64,000 nt of DNA from Candidatus Thorarchaeota archaeon (GTDB lineage: Archaea; Asgardarchaeota; Thorarchaeia; Thorarchaeales; Thorarchaeaceae). Positions 40,085-50,242 of the stretch are shown here, piece by piece (the first letter of the stretch is position 1; each line of letters starts with the position of its first letter). Both the position numbers and the translations under genes were made by a program. The DNA lies in assembly GCA_016840855.1 (NCBI GenBank), contig JAEORO010000069.1:74952-138951 (forward strand), in the 5' to 3' direction. Below the pieces are notes generated by a model. It was given only the letters and a program-made list of their open reading frames with translations. It was not told the origin of the DNA and searched no databases.

Positions 40085-41425
40085 ATGTTGGAAATGGTAC
40101 GAGTAAAGCCATTCAAAGCATATAGATTTAACAAAGCCAAAGCTGGAGATCTATCCAGATTGGTGACCCCACCCTACGATATCATCAAAGGTGATATGGT
40201 CGATAAATTTCAGTCATTATCTAAGTACAATATGGCGTGGATCATCAAAAACAAACCTGAAGCAAAAGACACACCCACATCAAATCAGTATACTAGAGCG
40301 AGGGACCATCTAAACAAATGGATAAATGATGAAATTCTCATTCATGATGAGAAAGAGTCATTCTATGTATATGGTCAGGACTTTGAAATTGATGGCAGGA
40401 AGATGTTACGATTTGGATTCATTGGATTGATTGAGCTAGAGGAGTTTGCCACGAGTGCACCAAGAAGTGGCATATTTTCAGGAGTACTTCAGCATGAAGA
40501 AACCTTACCCAAAGACATTGAGGATAGGTTGAATCTCTGCAGAAGCGCAATGGCTAATTTTGGGCAAATCTTCGTCATCTATCCGGATCATGAACGAGTT
40601 ATCGATACAATCCTTGAGAGATATATGGAACATGAGCCAATATCAGATATTGTGGATGGTGATCGGGTTCGTCACAGAATCTGGAGAATTGACAATGAGA
40701 GTGATACAAGAAAAATTGTTGAATTGATGGAGAGTAAGTATATCATCATAGCCGATGGACATCATAGATACAAGACAGCTTTAGCACTAATGAAAGAACA
40801 TCCAGAACTAGAATCAGCAAAGTATAGAATGCTTACTTTCGTAAACATCTCAAATCCAGGACTTGCAGTTTTACCAACACATCGGCTTGTGCAGAATCTA
40901 GAGGTATTTTCTAAAGAAAAACTCCTCGAAGAAATTAACAAGTATTTCGATATCGAGATCTTTGGCACAACTGAGGAAATGTTTGAATTAATGAATAAAA
41001 AATTCCAAAGCGGTGATCATTCCTTTGGACTTTTCGTGAATGACGGTAATTTCTATGTTCTGACACTTAATGATCTTTCAATAATGAATAGCCTTCTATC
41101 TGAAAAGTCTAAAGAACTTCGTAGCCTTGATGTAGCCATTCTTCATACTTTGATTCTTGACAAAATGCTAGGCATCGATAAGCACAAGCTTGAGCAAGGC
41201 ACCATGAAAGGCGGTGGTTTTGTAACCTATATAAAAGGAATAGGGGATGCGGTAGAGGAATCAATAAAATCAGTCCAGAAAGATGGTCAAGCCGTCTTCT
41301 TTATGAACCCGACAAGGGTTTCTGAAGTTGAGGCTGTATCGAAGAATTTCGAGTGCATGCCTCAAAAAAGTACATTCTTCCAGCCAAAAGTTTGGACTGG
41401 ATTCACAATAAACAAATTGGAGTAA
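40085..41425 (+). CDS. DUF1015 family protein
   Basis: PPYDII, HEETLP, IIADGHHRY, VLPTHRLV and C-terminal MPQKSTFFQPK. Confidence 0.88.
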   Translation: MLEMVRVKPFKAYRFNKAKAGDLSRLVTPPYDIIKGDMVDKFQSLSKYNMAWIIKNKPEAKDTPTSNQYTRARDHLNKWINDEILIHDEKESFYVYGQDFEIDGRKMLRFGFIGLIELEEFATSAPRSGIFSGVLQHEETLPKDIEDRLNLCRSAMANFGQIFVIYPDHERVIDTILERYMEHEPISDIVDGDRVRHRIWRIDNESDTRKIVELMESKYIIIADGHHRYKTALALMKEHPELESAKYRMLTFVNISNPGLAVLPTHRLVQNLEVFSKEKLLEEINKYFDIEIFGTTEEMFELMNKKFQSGDHSFGLFVNDGNFYVLTLNDLSIMNSLLSEKSKELRSLDVAILHTLILDKMLGIDKHKLEQGTMKGGGFVTYIKGIGDAVEESIKSVQKDGQAVFFMNPTRVSEVEAVSKNFECMPQKSTFFQPKVWTGFTINKLE

Positions 41426-41434
41426 GTGGGAACA

Positions 41435-42520
41435 ATGACAAAGAGAGTGTATAACTTCTATGCAGGACCTGCAACACTTCCTTTGCCAGTTCTTGAGAAG
41501 GCAAAAGAAGAGTTCTTGGATTTTGCAGGAACAGGCATGTCTGTAATAGAGATTTCCCATCGATCAAAAGAATGGGAGAAAGTGATGACTGATGCAACCA
41601 ATCTAATAAGAGAATTAATGGGAGTCCCAAATGACTATAAGATTCTCTGGTTGAGTGGCGGAGCATCAACTCAATTCTTTATGGTCCCATTGAACTTGCA
41701 GCTTCCTGGAAAAGCGATGGAATATGTCAGCACAGGAGGCTGGTCATCAAAGGCCATTAAAGAAGCCAATATTTATGGTGAGGTCAAAATAATAGCTTCA
41801 TCTGAGAAGGAGAATTTCTCATATATACCGAAGGATGTGGAATTCAGCGAAGACATTGCGTTTGGGCATATTACAAGCAACAATACACTATATGGAACCG
41901 CATGGGGATATATGCCAAAAGTACCCAAAGATGTCCCTCTAGTTTGCGACATGTCATCAAATATTATGGATCGGTCAATTGATGTCAAAGACTACGGTGT
42001 AATCTATGCAGGAGCTCAAAAGAACCTTGGACCAGCTGGAGTCACTTTGGTAATTGTCAGAGAGGATCTACTAAATCGAGTTCCAGAGCATACTCCGACA
42101 ATGCAAAAGTGGAAGATTCATGCAGAAAATGACTCTCTGTATAACACGCCTCCAGTGTTCCCAATCTACGTATGTAAACTTGCATTAGATTACATGAAAG
42201 AAATTGGCGGAGTCAAAGAAATTAACAAGAGGAATGTGAAGAAAGCCAAACTTCTCTATGATGTGATAGACTCCTCGGATGGATTTTACAAGGGCCATGC
42301 TAGAAAGGATTCCAGGTCTCTTATGAACATAACATTCACCATGTCCTCGCCTGAGCTTGAGGATAAATGCGTTAAAGGAGGAACCGCAAGAGGATTGATT
42401 GGTCTCAAAGGGCATCGTTCAGTTGGAGGAATGCGTGCTTCAATCTATAACGCCATGCCTTTTGAAGGAGTAAAAGAACTAGCAGAATACCTCAAAGAGT
42501 TTCAAGCTGAGAATCAATGA
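41435..42520 (+). CDS. serC: Phosphoserine aminotransferase (bacterial type)
   Basis: YNFYAGPATLP, EISHRS, GGASTQF, CDMSS, PLP-Lys AGAQKNLGPAG, NTPP and GHRSVGGMRASIYNAMP. Confidence 0.96.
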   Translation: MTKRVYNFYAGPATLPLPVLEKAKEEFLDFAGTGMSVIEISHRSKEWEKVMTDATNLIRELMGVPNDYKILWLSGGASTQFFMVPLNLQLPGKAMEYVSTGGWSSKAIKEANIYGEVKIIASSEKENFSYIPKDVEFSEDIAFGHITSNNTLYGTAWGYMPKVPKDVPLVCDMSSNIMDRSIDVKDYGVIYAGAQKNLGPAGVTLVIVREDLLNRVPEHTPTMQKWKIHAENDSLYNTPPVFPIYVCKLALDYMKEIGGVKEINKRNVKKAKLLYDVIDSSDGFYKGHARKDSRSLMNITFTMSSPELEDKCVKGGTARGLIGLKGHRSVGGMRASIYNAMPFEGVKELAEYLKEFQAENQ

Positions 42521-42529
42521 GGTGGATTA

Positions 42530-42551
42530 GGAGAGGGCTCGATCCCTCTCC
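42530..42551. terminator. Hairpin between convergent serC and 42555-42893 genes
   Basis: Perfect 8-bp stem ggagaggg-ctcgat-ccctctcc in the 34-nt gap. Confidence 0.55.
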
Positions 42552-42554
42552 AAT

Positions 42555-42893
42555 CTATCTTTTCTTACGTTTCCGAGAGAATTTACTGACTGCTATCTCT
42601 AGCTCTTTTGTCATCTCTGGTAAATCAGCGGGGTCCATAATTCCCTTATAGGTTCGACGCATTAAAACTCCACTTACATTCACATCGATATTCCGCATTC
42701 CACGTCTTTCAAAGAAATTCTTCAAAGCAGTTGCAATGGGGATGAGGACACCTCCGGGAAGTCTACGTGAAAGGAATTCTTCACAACAATTGCAGTCTAT
42801 CAAAATGAGTGTGTTATCATTATCGACAAGAACTTCAACAGGCATGTGTTTCTTGTGTCCCAAGTCAAGTGTGAATTCCCCAAGTTGCTTCAT
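42555..42893 (-). CDS. Hypothetical protein (112 aa) with DCNCC motif
   Basis: ATG start, protein-like composition and basic C-terminus. Confidence 0.65.
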   Translation of the reverse strand: MKQLGEFTLDLGHKKHMPVEVLVDNDNTLILIDCNCCEEFLSRRLPGGVLIPIATALKNFFERRGMRNIDVNVSGVLMRRTYKGIMDPADLPEMTKELEIAVSKFSRKRKKR

Positions 42894-43005
42894 CGTCGAT
42901 ACCTTGTGTTTGATTTGTCGTTAGTTTCGCATTTATACTATGCTCATATAAGACCTGCTCAGGCTGCATTTGATATAGTAGCACTATAGATTTGAGTCCT
43001 TTTCA

Positions 43006-45645
43006 TCATAATTCTCTCCTCGGTTTCCTTCTGCTACAAACGATAGCCAAGATAATCAATCCCAGGACTGCGGTCAGAAGTATTGCTAACCGAAGGTAAT
43101 CTGGTTCTTCAGGAGGAGGTACTGTGGATGTAGGACCACCAGTTGTTGGGCTGGTGGTAGAAGTAGTGGTAGGTCCTGTTGTTGTTGTCGTTGTTAAGTC
43201 TGTCACGGTGTAGCTATACGTTCCAGAAACCGACCAATTACCAAGAGTATCATTTGCATAGAATCGATAGTAAACTATCGTACCATCTGGGAGTGCTGGA
43301 ATTGTAGCTTCATAGTAAGATCCAAGCCATGTCATCGTGAGATTGAACCACATAGTTCCATTGAAGTATGACAATATGACTGTATCAACACCTGAGGCGT
43401 CAGTGACTGTGACATTTACCAAGACGGATTCAGTCGATTTGGGCGTGAAAGGTGTTCGGTCATGGTTCCCTATCACGGGCCCAGAAACATCTGGACCAGG
43501 AACTAGGGAGATTAAAGCAGCCTCAACATCAAGCTTACCACCACCCCAGTCAGCATTAGGCACAGCTCCAGTATAAACATCACTTGTAGCAGTCGTTTCT
43601 AGAATAACTTGCATTTGATCGCCTACTGATGAATTTGCTTGAAGCAATAGAGCAGCAGCTCCTGCAACGTGGGGACCAGAAGCACTTGTTCCACTGAACA
43701 ATCGATAACTGCCAAATTGTTTACCAAAAGGAAGAGTTCCATAGTCGTTGTACCATGAAACCCATGCAGATCCATATGCATAGTCAGAGATTATGTCATA
43801 TCCTCCAGGAGCAGCTACATTTTGTTTGTTGACACCATCAATCCTTGGACCACGGGATGAAAAGTCTGCGCGATCACCAATTATTCCTCCGCCAACTAGG
43901 TTTCGTGTTCTATAACTCGCGACACTAATCGTGCGATCAGCAGTTGAAGGCCAAGTTATTTGGTAGCTGTCAACGACATCGTTAATCCAAATACATCCAC
44001 CACTCCATCCAGTTTGAATATCAGAAATGTAGGCATGAATTGTTGCAGAATCAGGCGTCGATATATTGAGTCGATAGTATGGGACTAAAGCGGTATTTGG
44101 AAGACTTCCATACAACTTGATGGCAAGCATCCTTGTACCCCTCATAGAAATTGATGTGAATGATTGTACATTAACACCAGGGATGATGTTTGGTTCCACA
44201 AACCAAGCCCATTCGCCAAGACCAGGATGGAGGTAGATGGTAGTCCCATTTATCCACAGACTGAAATTACTTGTCAAGAAATCAGTGGGGTCAATTGTGA
44301 GGACTGTTATATAAACCTCATATATGTACTCAAAGAAGGTAATATTGTCTGGTTTTGGAACTGAGAAATCAATGAGATGGGGAGTATTAGGAACAGTGGT
44401 AGCCATAGCATGTTTATTTTTTCCCCCAAGATTACCACTGGGTGAAATTACAGGAATGCCATCCGCTACTAGCTCGTCAATCATCTGTTCAACCTTAGAA
44501 CTTCCATCAAGGTATTCCCATGTCCAAGAACCGACCTCAGTAAGAATGACATCAGCACCAGTGTTATTCGCTATTGTAAGACCTTCTTCTATTGTCAACC
44601 AGGTATTTTGGTTACCTATGACACGAATCATCAGCAACTCAGCATCAGACGCGACTCCAACATAGTCGCGATAATCAAGCTGTCCACCAAGAAGTATACC
44701 AGATACTGCGGTACCATGACCACCCCCGTATGGACTATCATCAGTGTGAGTACTAGTTGTAAGATTCGTGCCACGTTCCCACATCTGAATGCTAGGAGTG
44801 GAACTACCATCTTTTTCAAAGATGTACTTGGTCTTGGGTGTTTTTAGCATCACTAGCTGTTCTCCAAGATCAAGGAGTCCGTTACTAGAAGTGTCATTCA
44901 CAACAAAGAAGGGTTCTCCAGTGTCAGGATATGCATTTTGCGTTACATTGTCCATCCATACCCATTCTTTTCGCACGTTGAAAACCCCATTATTGTCCAA
45001 GTCAAGAAAATAGAGAGCTTCATCAGCCATGATAGTGCCATCAGAATCAACATCAATACCATCAGTTCCATTATCTAACTGACCGTTTGAAATTTGGTCA
45101 AACCATGAATATTGACCGCCATCAGCGAACCATAGATCTGGATGCTTCCAATCAACTCCAGAATCAAGATCAGCAACGAGGATACCTTGTCCAGTGATAT
45201 TTCTACTAAGATCATCCAACATTGCATTGACATTGTCCGCATTTATCTCCGGAATGGATAGGTCTCGAGGTGATTCTAGGAATTGTGCATGTGTCTGAGC
45301 AGCTATTTCAGCAACTGCACCCATGTCTATCAAAGCCTGTAGATTTTCAGACGAACCAGTCATTAGGTAATACGGACCAATGTGACTTTCACTTGCACTT
45401 CCCAAACTGAATTTCAGATTCAAAGATGTAATGATATTAAGAAAACTTGTTGAAAGATCCCGATTGAAACTTACTACAACTGGTATCCGCTCTCCATAGA
45501 CTGAAGCTAATGCATCGAGATCTATTTTAATCGGCGCAATCTGGGTTGCCTTAATCTCCTCTTTCGGTAGTGAAAAGAATAGAACTGGAACACATGACAA
45601 AACAAGACATAGAAGCAAAAGCGTGCTTTTTACTTTCTTATCCAA
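43006..45645 (-). CDS. Membrane-anchored S8 subtilase (879 aa)
   Basis: Signal peptide, DLDSG / GHGTAVSG / GTSASGPHVAG, PSGNLG, Ig-like domain, Thr-rich linker, TM and RRKPRR. TTG start after GAGGAGG. Confidence 0.9.
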   Translation of the reverse strand: MDKKVKSTLLLLCLVLSCVPVLFFSLPKEEIKATQIAPIKIDLDALASVYGERIPVVVSFNRDLSTSFLNIITSLNLKFSLGSASESHIGPYYLMTGSSENLQALIDMGAVAEIAAQTHAQFLESPRDLSIPEINADNVNAMLDDLSRNITGQGILVADLDSGVDWKHPDLWFADGGQYSWFDQISNGQLDNGTDGIDVDSDGTIMADEALYFLDLDNNGVFNVRKEWVWMDNVTQNAYPDTGEPFFVVNDTSSNGLLDLGEQLVMLKTPKTKYIFEKDGSSTPSIQMWERGTNLTTSTHTDDSPYGGGHGTAVSGILLGGQLDYRDYVGVASDAELLMIRVIGNQNTWLTIEEGLTIANNTGADVILTEVGSWTWEYLDGSSKVEQMIDELVADGIPVISPSGNLGGKNKHAMATTVPNTPHLIDFSVPKPDNITFFEYIYEVYITVLTIDPTDFLTSNFSLWINGTTIYLHPGLGEWAWFVEPNIIPGVNVQSFTSISMRGTRMLAIKLYGSLPNTALVPYYRLNISTPDSATIHAYISDIQTGWSGGCIWINDVVDSYQITWPSTADRTISVASYRTRNLVGGGIIGDRADFSSRGPRIDGVNKQNVAAPGGYDIISDYAYGSAWVSWYNDYGTLPFGKQFGSYRLFSGTSASGPHVAGAAALLLQANSSVGDQMQVILETTATSDVYTGAVPNADWGGGKLDVEAALISLVPGPDVSGPVIGNHDRTPFTPKSTESVLVNVTVTDASGVDTVILSYFNGTMWFNLTMTWLGSYYEATIPALPDGTIVYYRFYANDTLGNWSVSGTYSYTVTDLTTTTTTGPTTTSTTSPTTGGPTSTVPPPEEPDYLRLAILLTAVLGLIILAIVCSRRKPRREL

Positions 45646-45765
45646 AAACCTGTCCTCCTCGGATTTTCATTATCGATTGGAACGAGTCCGATATACCAAT
45701 CTCCCTAATTAGATGCGTAATACTTGTTTTTGCCTATTAATCTTCGTAAACGCAAAAGAGGTCAT

Positions 45766-47268
45766 TTAAAGAGGATTGATTTCATCTGAATTTGCTGTGG
45801 TTTCATCGCCTTCCTTTTCATAACTGGATTCACTAGTTGGAAGGACATTTGCATAGAAGCCGGGTTCTTCATCATCTCTGCTAATCTTTTGTCCTTCGTA
45901 TAATGATGTTCCACCACTCACCAGATATGACACACATATGCAAATTACGAGTGGAATGACAAGATCAAAGGAGAGACTCATTTCAAGCATCATGATTGTT
46001 GTTGCTACAGGAGTATTAGTCGTTGCAGCAAGGACCGCGCCCATTCCTAGCACCATGAACGCAGGGACATTTGCAGGGAAGAAGATTTCACCAAATAAAG
46101 AACCTAACATAGCGCCAACAAATAGAGATGAGGCTAGAACACCTCCAGAAACCCTACCCGCAACAACAAAGGATGAAGCAAAGAGCTTTCCAAACAGGAG
46201 GATTACAATAACATGAGCTGGTTCTGGGTGCGAAGCAAGCGCATTGATTACTTCGTATCCCATTCCAGCAATAGTTAAGGAGGGATTGACAAAGAGAGAC
46301 GTAATGAAAATGACGCCACATGCAAGAAGTGATCCAAGAATTGGATCAACCCAATCAGGAAGCTTCAATGTGAAAAAGTTCCGAGTCGCCATCAGACTCA
46401 CTGCGAAAAGAATTGAGATTGCACCAGCAATAACACCGAAGAGCACCAGTAAAGGAACTGTCATCAGTGAGAAACTAAATGCAGCACTAAATGTGAATAA
46501 TGGTCCTGCTCCATTACCAGTAAGAAACGGATAGAGTCCAATGAACACAACAAAAGAACTTAGTGCTGCGATTACAGTGGGCACAAAATAACCAAGTCGT
46601 GCGTCTCGTCTATATGGAGCTTCAGTTGCAAACAAAGCTCCTCCAAGTGGTGCCATGTATATACCGGCGGTTGCTGCAGCAGACCCCATCATCAGAAAAA
46701 CCCTGAGATGTGCGTCTTCACGATATCCAAGTCTTCGACCAATTGCATTCCCTACTCCTGCACCAATTAATACAGCGGGGCCCTCACGACCTACAGGATT
46801 ACCGGACCCAATGGAAACTGATGTTGCTATTAGCTTTGTTATGGTTGTACCTTTTCTGAGTGATCCTGGTTTGTGTGTTAGCTCAATTGCCTTTGATATT
46901 CCACTACCTTGAATCTCGTTCCTGCCAAAATATATGAGTACGCCAGAAAATGTTCCACCGATGAGGGGAGCCAAGAAAATTGGTAGAATTGAGAAAGCTA
47001 GTGTTGCTGAGTCAATGAGAACTTGAAGTAGCACCATGAATAAACCGCATGCGACACCTACAAGAATAGATGCAGGAACATACATCTGATAGAATTTAGA
47101 GAAGTGAGCAAAGTGAAATAAATCACGTAGAGGAAGTACATTCTCTACAAAGTCATCACTTTCTTCTCCGGTCAAATTAACCAATCCTATAGTTATTGCA
47201 TACTTGTTTAGGAAATCTAGTATTGCGCTGTCTTCGTCAAACTTATCACTTTCTGAGATTGATATCAC
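45766..47268 (-). CDS. ClC family chloride channel/antiporter (no CBS domains)
   Basis: GSGIS, GREGP, APLGGALFATE and SLY near the C-terminus. True start is probably downstream of 47268. Confidence 0.9.
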   Translation of the reverse strand: MISISESDKFDEDSAILDFLNKYAITIGLVNLTGEESDDFVENVLPLRDLFHFAHFSKFYQMYVPASILVGVACGLFMVLLQVLIDSATLAFSILPIFLAPLIGGTFSGVLIYFGRNEIQGSGISKAIELTHKPGSLRKGTTITKLIATSVSIGSGNPVGREGPAVLIGAGVGNAIGRRLGYREDAHLRVFLMMGSAAATAGIYMAPLGGALFATEAPYRRDARLGYFVPTVIAALSSFVVFIGLYPFLTGNGAGPLFTFSAAFSFSLMTVPLLVLFGVIAGAISILFAVSLMATRNFFTLKLPDWVDPILGSLLACGVIFITSLFVNPSLTIAGMGYEVINALASHPEPAHVIVILLFGKLFASSFVVAGRVSGGVLASSLFVGAMLGSLFGEIFFPANVPAFMVLGMGAVLAATTNTPVATTIMMLEMSLSFDLVIPLVICICVSYLVSGGTSLYEGQKISRDDEEPGFYANVLPTSESSYEKEGDETTANSDEINPL

Positions 47269-47283
47269 ACTGGCGACACTTCA

Positions 47284-47775
47284 TTGACATCACCCAGAGA
47301 CACCAAGTCCAATGGAAAAAAAAGCAACAAACCGGACTTGACACTCGAGGAAGTTCAAGATAGGCTAGATGAAATCTCCAAAAGACTAGCAAGACTGGAA
47401 GAACTGATTGAAAGGGTAGGACCGGGTATCGACGAGGTGCGCAGCTCAGCTAAAATCATCCGGGAAGGGTTTGAATTCTATGATGGAATGGTTCGACTGA
47501 TGAGTAAATTTACAAAAGCTGAACGCCTTGAGTCAAGATATGGAGATTTGAAGAAGGACGATATAAGCTGGAGAATAATTCAAATTCTGGACAACTCTCG
47601 TCCTCTTAATATCAGTCAAATTACAACATCAGTGAGAGCTGAAAGGGGGACGGCTTCAAGAAGGATTGTAAGAGAACGAGTTAATGATCTTGTTAAGCGT
47701 GGAATTCTTCAAATAATCGAGGATGAAGACGACCGAGCAAGGTATTTCACACTGATGAGGGATCAACTAGACTGA
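47284..47775 (+). CDS. Coiled-coil plus winged-helix putative transcriptional regulator
   Basis: N-terminal heptads, then IIQILDNSRPLNISQIT...GTASRRIVRERVNDLVKRGIL wHTH pattern. Confidence 0.7.
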   Translation: MTSPRDTKSNGKKSNKPDLTLEEVQDRLDEISKRLARLEELIERVGPGIDEVRSSAKIIREGFEFYDGMVRLMSKFTKAERLESRYGDLKKDDISWRIIQILDNSRPLNISQITTSVRAERGTASRRIVRERVNDLVKRGILQIIEDEDDRARYFTLMRDQLD

Positions 47776-47827
47776 GGTGGTACCTCGGAACATGCACATA
47801 TGACTCCGTCTTAGTCGCAATCTATAT

Positions 47828-49099
47828 TCACAAAGCTGCACCATTGTCTTGTTTTAGCAACGATTTGATGAATAAATCAAGTCGCCAATAGTAGAATTCA
47901 TGTTCGCGATATTGAAACTTAAGTAGAGTCCAGATTAGTAAGATTTGTGAAACCAAAGCAACTGTGTAGACAACTGCAGCGATGTACCAATCGATTGTCA
48001 GAACTTGCATTGCCCTGAAGACCCATACTGATTGATAGAGTAGAGAGAATGATATGAGATAGGCTACGAAGAGGATAGTTACTCCATTCTTGTTTTCCAG
48101 TCCATCATAGAATCGCATGAAAATGATAATGACAAAGACAAGGAAGAAGGGCACATAGAACGAGAATGATTTCTTGCTAATCAACATATAAACAAGTGAA
48201 AATAGAACAATTGTTGCCTCCGGACTGAGATAATGTAGTCTATTAGACGTCATGAAAAGAAGTGCAAGAGTGAAGAGGCATACAAGCACTATGATATGAG
48301 GTAGATACCAAGGAATACTTAGTCCAATCGCGTCAAATATCACCCACGGGTTTGCCCCTACTGGATAATATCCAGCTTCAGCCGTAAATGGCATCAGAAC
48401 ATCAGCGCCTAATGCTATAAATGGCAGATATCCAATAAGTATCAGACCCAGCGTGAGAAAACCATTACGAATGGGTTTCTTCATCAGCAGAAATAGGGGT
48501 ATGAAGAAGACTAGTATCAGGAACTTTGTGACCAAGAAACCAAGCCCCATGAAAATAGCAGCTTTCCATTCTTGGTTTCGATGAATCAGTAGCATTGAGA
48601 GAATAATGAAGAAGGCGGAGATCACTTCATCCTGATTCCAAAAAGTGATGAAAACCCATGTGAGTGGAACGTAGGAATAAATCCAATAGTACATGTGTTT
48701 GTACTTTATATTCCATGTTTCAGAAACGTAAATGCCACCAATAATCAATGTTAGGAAATCAAAGACGACGAATAGCGATAGTACAGATACAGGTTGATTG
48801 TAAACCAAGTATGGTAGTGAAATCAAATATGGGAAATATGGAGAATAATGGCTTTCGAAATCAAGATACGGCATGTTTCCCTGTATGACTTGATTTGCTT
48901 GATACCCAAAAATGTTATTCAAGTCGCCAGTTCCATGATGTCCAGCAACACCGAACCAATAAACTATAGAGAGTACTCTTGTCACGATAAAGCCAATCGC
49001 TAGTATGAGATAATACCTCTTCTTGTCAATCTTCTCAAAATCAATCGAAACTAGTCCTATGAAAAGAATGAGTATTGTTCCAAAAACCATAAGGAGCAT
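47828..49099 (-). CDS. Polytopic GT-C-fold glycosyltransferase-like protein (GT87/DUF2029-like)
   Basis: About 11 TM helices, GDL..GNMPYLDFESHYSP, NQDE and GLGFLVTKF motifs. Confidence 0.7.
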   Translation of the reverse strand: MLLMVFGTILILFIGLVSIDFEKIDKKRYYLILAIGFIVTRVLSIVYWFGVAGHHGTGDLNNIFGYQANQVIQGNMPYLDFESHYSPYFPYLISLPYLVYNQPVSVLSLFVVFDFLTLIIGGIYVSETWNIKYKHMYYWIYSYVPLTWVFITFWNQDEVISAFFIILSMLLIHRNQEWKAAIFMGLGFLVTKFLILVFFIPLFLLMKKPIRNGFLTLGLILIGYLPFIALGADVLMPFTAEAGYYPVGANPWVIFDAIGLSIPWYLPHIIVLVCLFTLALLFMTSNRLHYLSPEATIVLFSLVYMLISKKSFSFYVPFFLVFVIIIFMRFYDGLENKNGVTILFVAYLISFSLLYQSVWVFRAMQVLTIDWYIAAVVYTVALVSQILLIWTLLKFQYREHEFYYWRLDLFIKSLLKQDNGAAL

Positions 49100-49471
49100 T
49101 GAATTACTGAATATTGTCGTTGTTTTTCACTCCACATTGAGGTCTATCTATTAGATGCAGAACTTCATAGAATCGCTTTTGAGCAAAGTCATGTTTCTTC
49201 AACGGGGACGAATTCCTTGTATAAGTTCTTTCCCATAGAAACTTTTGAAACCACATAATGAGGTATTAGATGAACACAAATCCTTTCTCAAACAACCTCT
49301 AGAGAGAGAATTATTTCCTAAGTTACTAAGTCAGATACTGATACCATTAATCTTCGTTTCACTTGTTTGCTCCTACATGTACTTTACATGGTGGTAACTC
49401 TGCAAAGTGGTCACTTATTTCCACTTTATATATAGTCAGTGACCAGTCAATAATATACATAGTGAAAGAAA

Positions 49472-49900
49472 ATGAGTAACGATTACGACGAAGATCCAAA
49501 GTCAAAATCCAAAACAAAACCAAGACCAGGTGATGAAAGAAGACATCAAAAGAGTGATGCTCAGGAGCTTAAAGAAGTCGCAGAGGCGCTTCCTGAACTC
49601 TTTCAAGCTCTCAACGATGCTATTCCCAAGTTGATTTCTGGTTTAATTGGCAGTGTCTACAGTCCCGATGCTGCTGGTAATATGGCAACAGGTATTGGTA
49701 AGTTCTATAGTAATTTAATAGCTGAGGGAATCCCAGAGGATGTAGCTCTTGACATGACCAAAAAGTTTGTTGGAGCTTTAGACTTCACTAAGTTGATGAG
49801 TATGATGGGCGATGAGACGACGGTTGAAATCAAAGGTAAGAGAATGAAAAAACGCGATTTTGATGAATACGATGACGAGGATGAAGAGGAGTCTGAATAG
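49472..49900 (+). CDS. Hypothetical protein (142 aa)
   Basis: ATG after an AT-rich TATA-like region. Contains SVYSPDAA..M..GIGKFYSNLIAEGIPEDVA and an acidic tail. Confidence 0.75.
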   Translation: MSNDYDEDPKSKSKTKPRPGDERRHQKSDAQELKEVAEALPELFQALNDAIPKLISGLIGSVYSPDAAGNMATGIGKFYSNLIAEGIPEDVALDMTKKFVGALDFTKLMSMMGDETTVEIKGKRMKKRDFDEYDDEDEEESE

Positions 49901-49902
49901 TA

Positions 49903-50196
49903 ATGGGAACAGTGAGATCCATTGCTTCCATGACTGGAACAGCTATTGGCGGTGGGTCAAAACTCCTATTCAAAACATGGTGGTCACTTCGTAAAGGAAA
50001 AGTTGAAGTCAAAAAGGGAGCTAAGGTTTTTTATAAGACACTTAGACAAAACGGTATTCCGCAAGAAGAAGCAAGGCAAATCACCATAGCATTCGCAAAA
50101 CCAGCATGGGAAATCCTCAGTATTAGAGGAATATTCAGAGTGGTCAGAGAGTTCGATGAAGATAATGAGATACCTGTGATGCCTTTCGGTTTCTGA
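49903..50196 (+). CDS. Hypothetical protein (97 aa), shares FYxxLxxxGIP motif with the upstream gene
   Basis: Starts 2 nt after the upstream stop. Contains KVFYKTLRQNGIPQEEA. Confidence 0.7.
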   Translation: MGTVRSIASMTGTAIGGGSKLLFKTWWSLRKGKVEVKKGAKVFYKTLRQNGIPQEEARQITIAFAKPAWEILSIRGIFRVVREFDEDNEIPVMPFGF

Positions 50197-50242
50197 TTTA
50201 ATTATTGGCTTTGTGAAATATATTCGTATATCAATGATTAGA

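Noticed and set aside
43100-43200. Low-complexity gtt/gtg-rich tract (similar one at 19410-19470)
   Set aside because: Encodes Thr/Pro-rich linkers before the TM anchors of subtilases, a common surface-protein feature.
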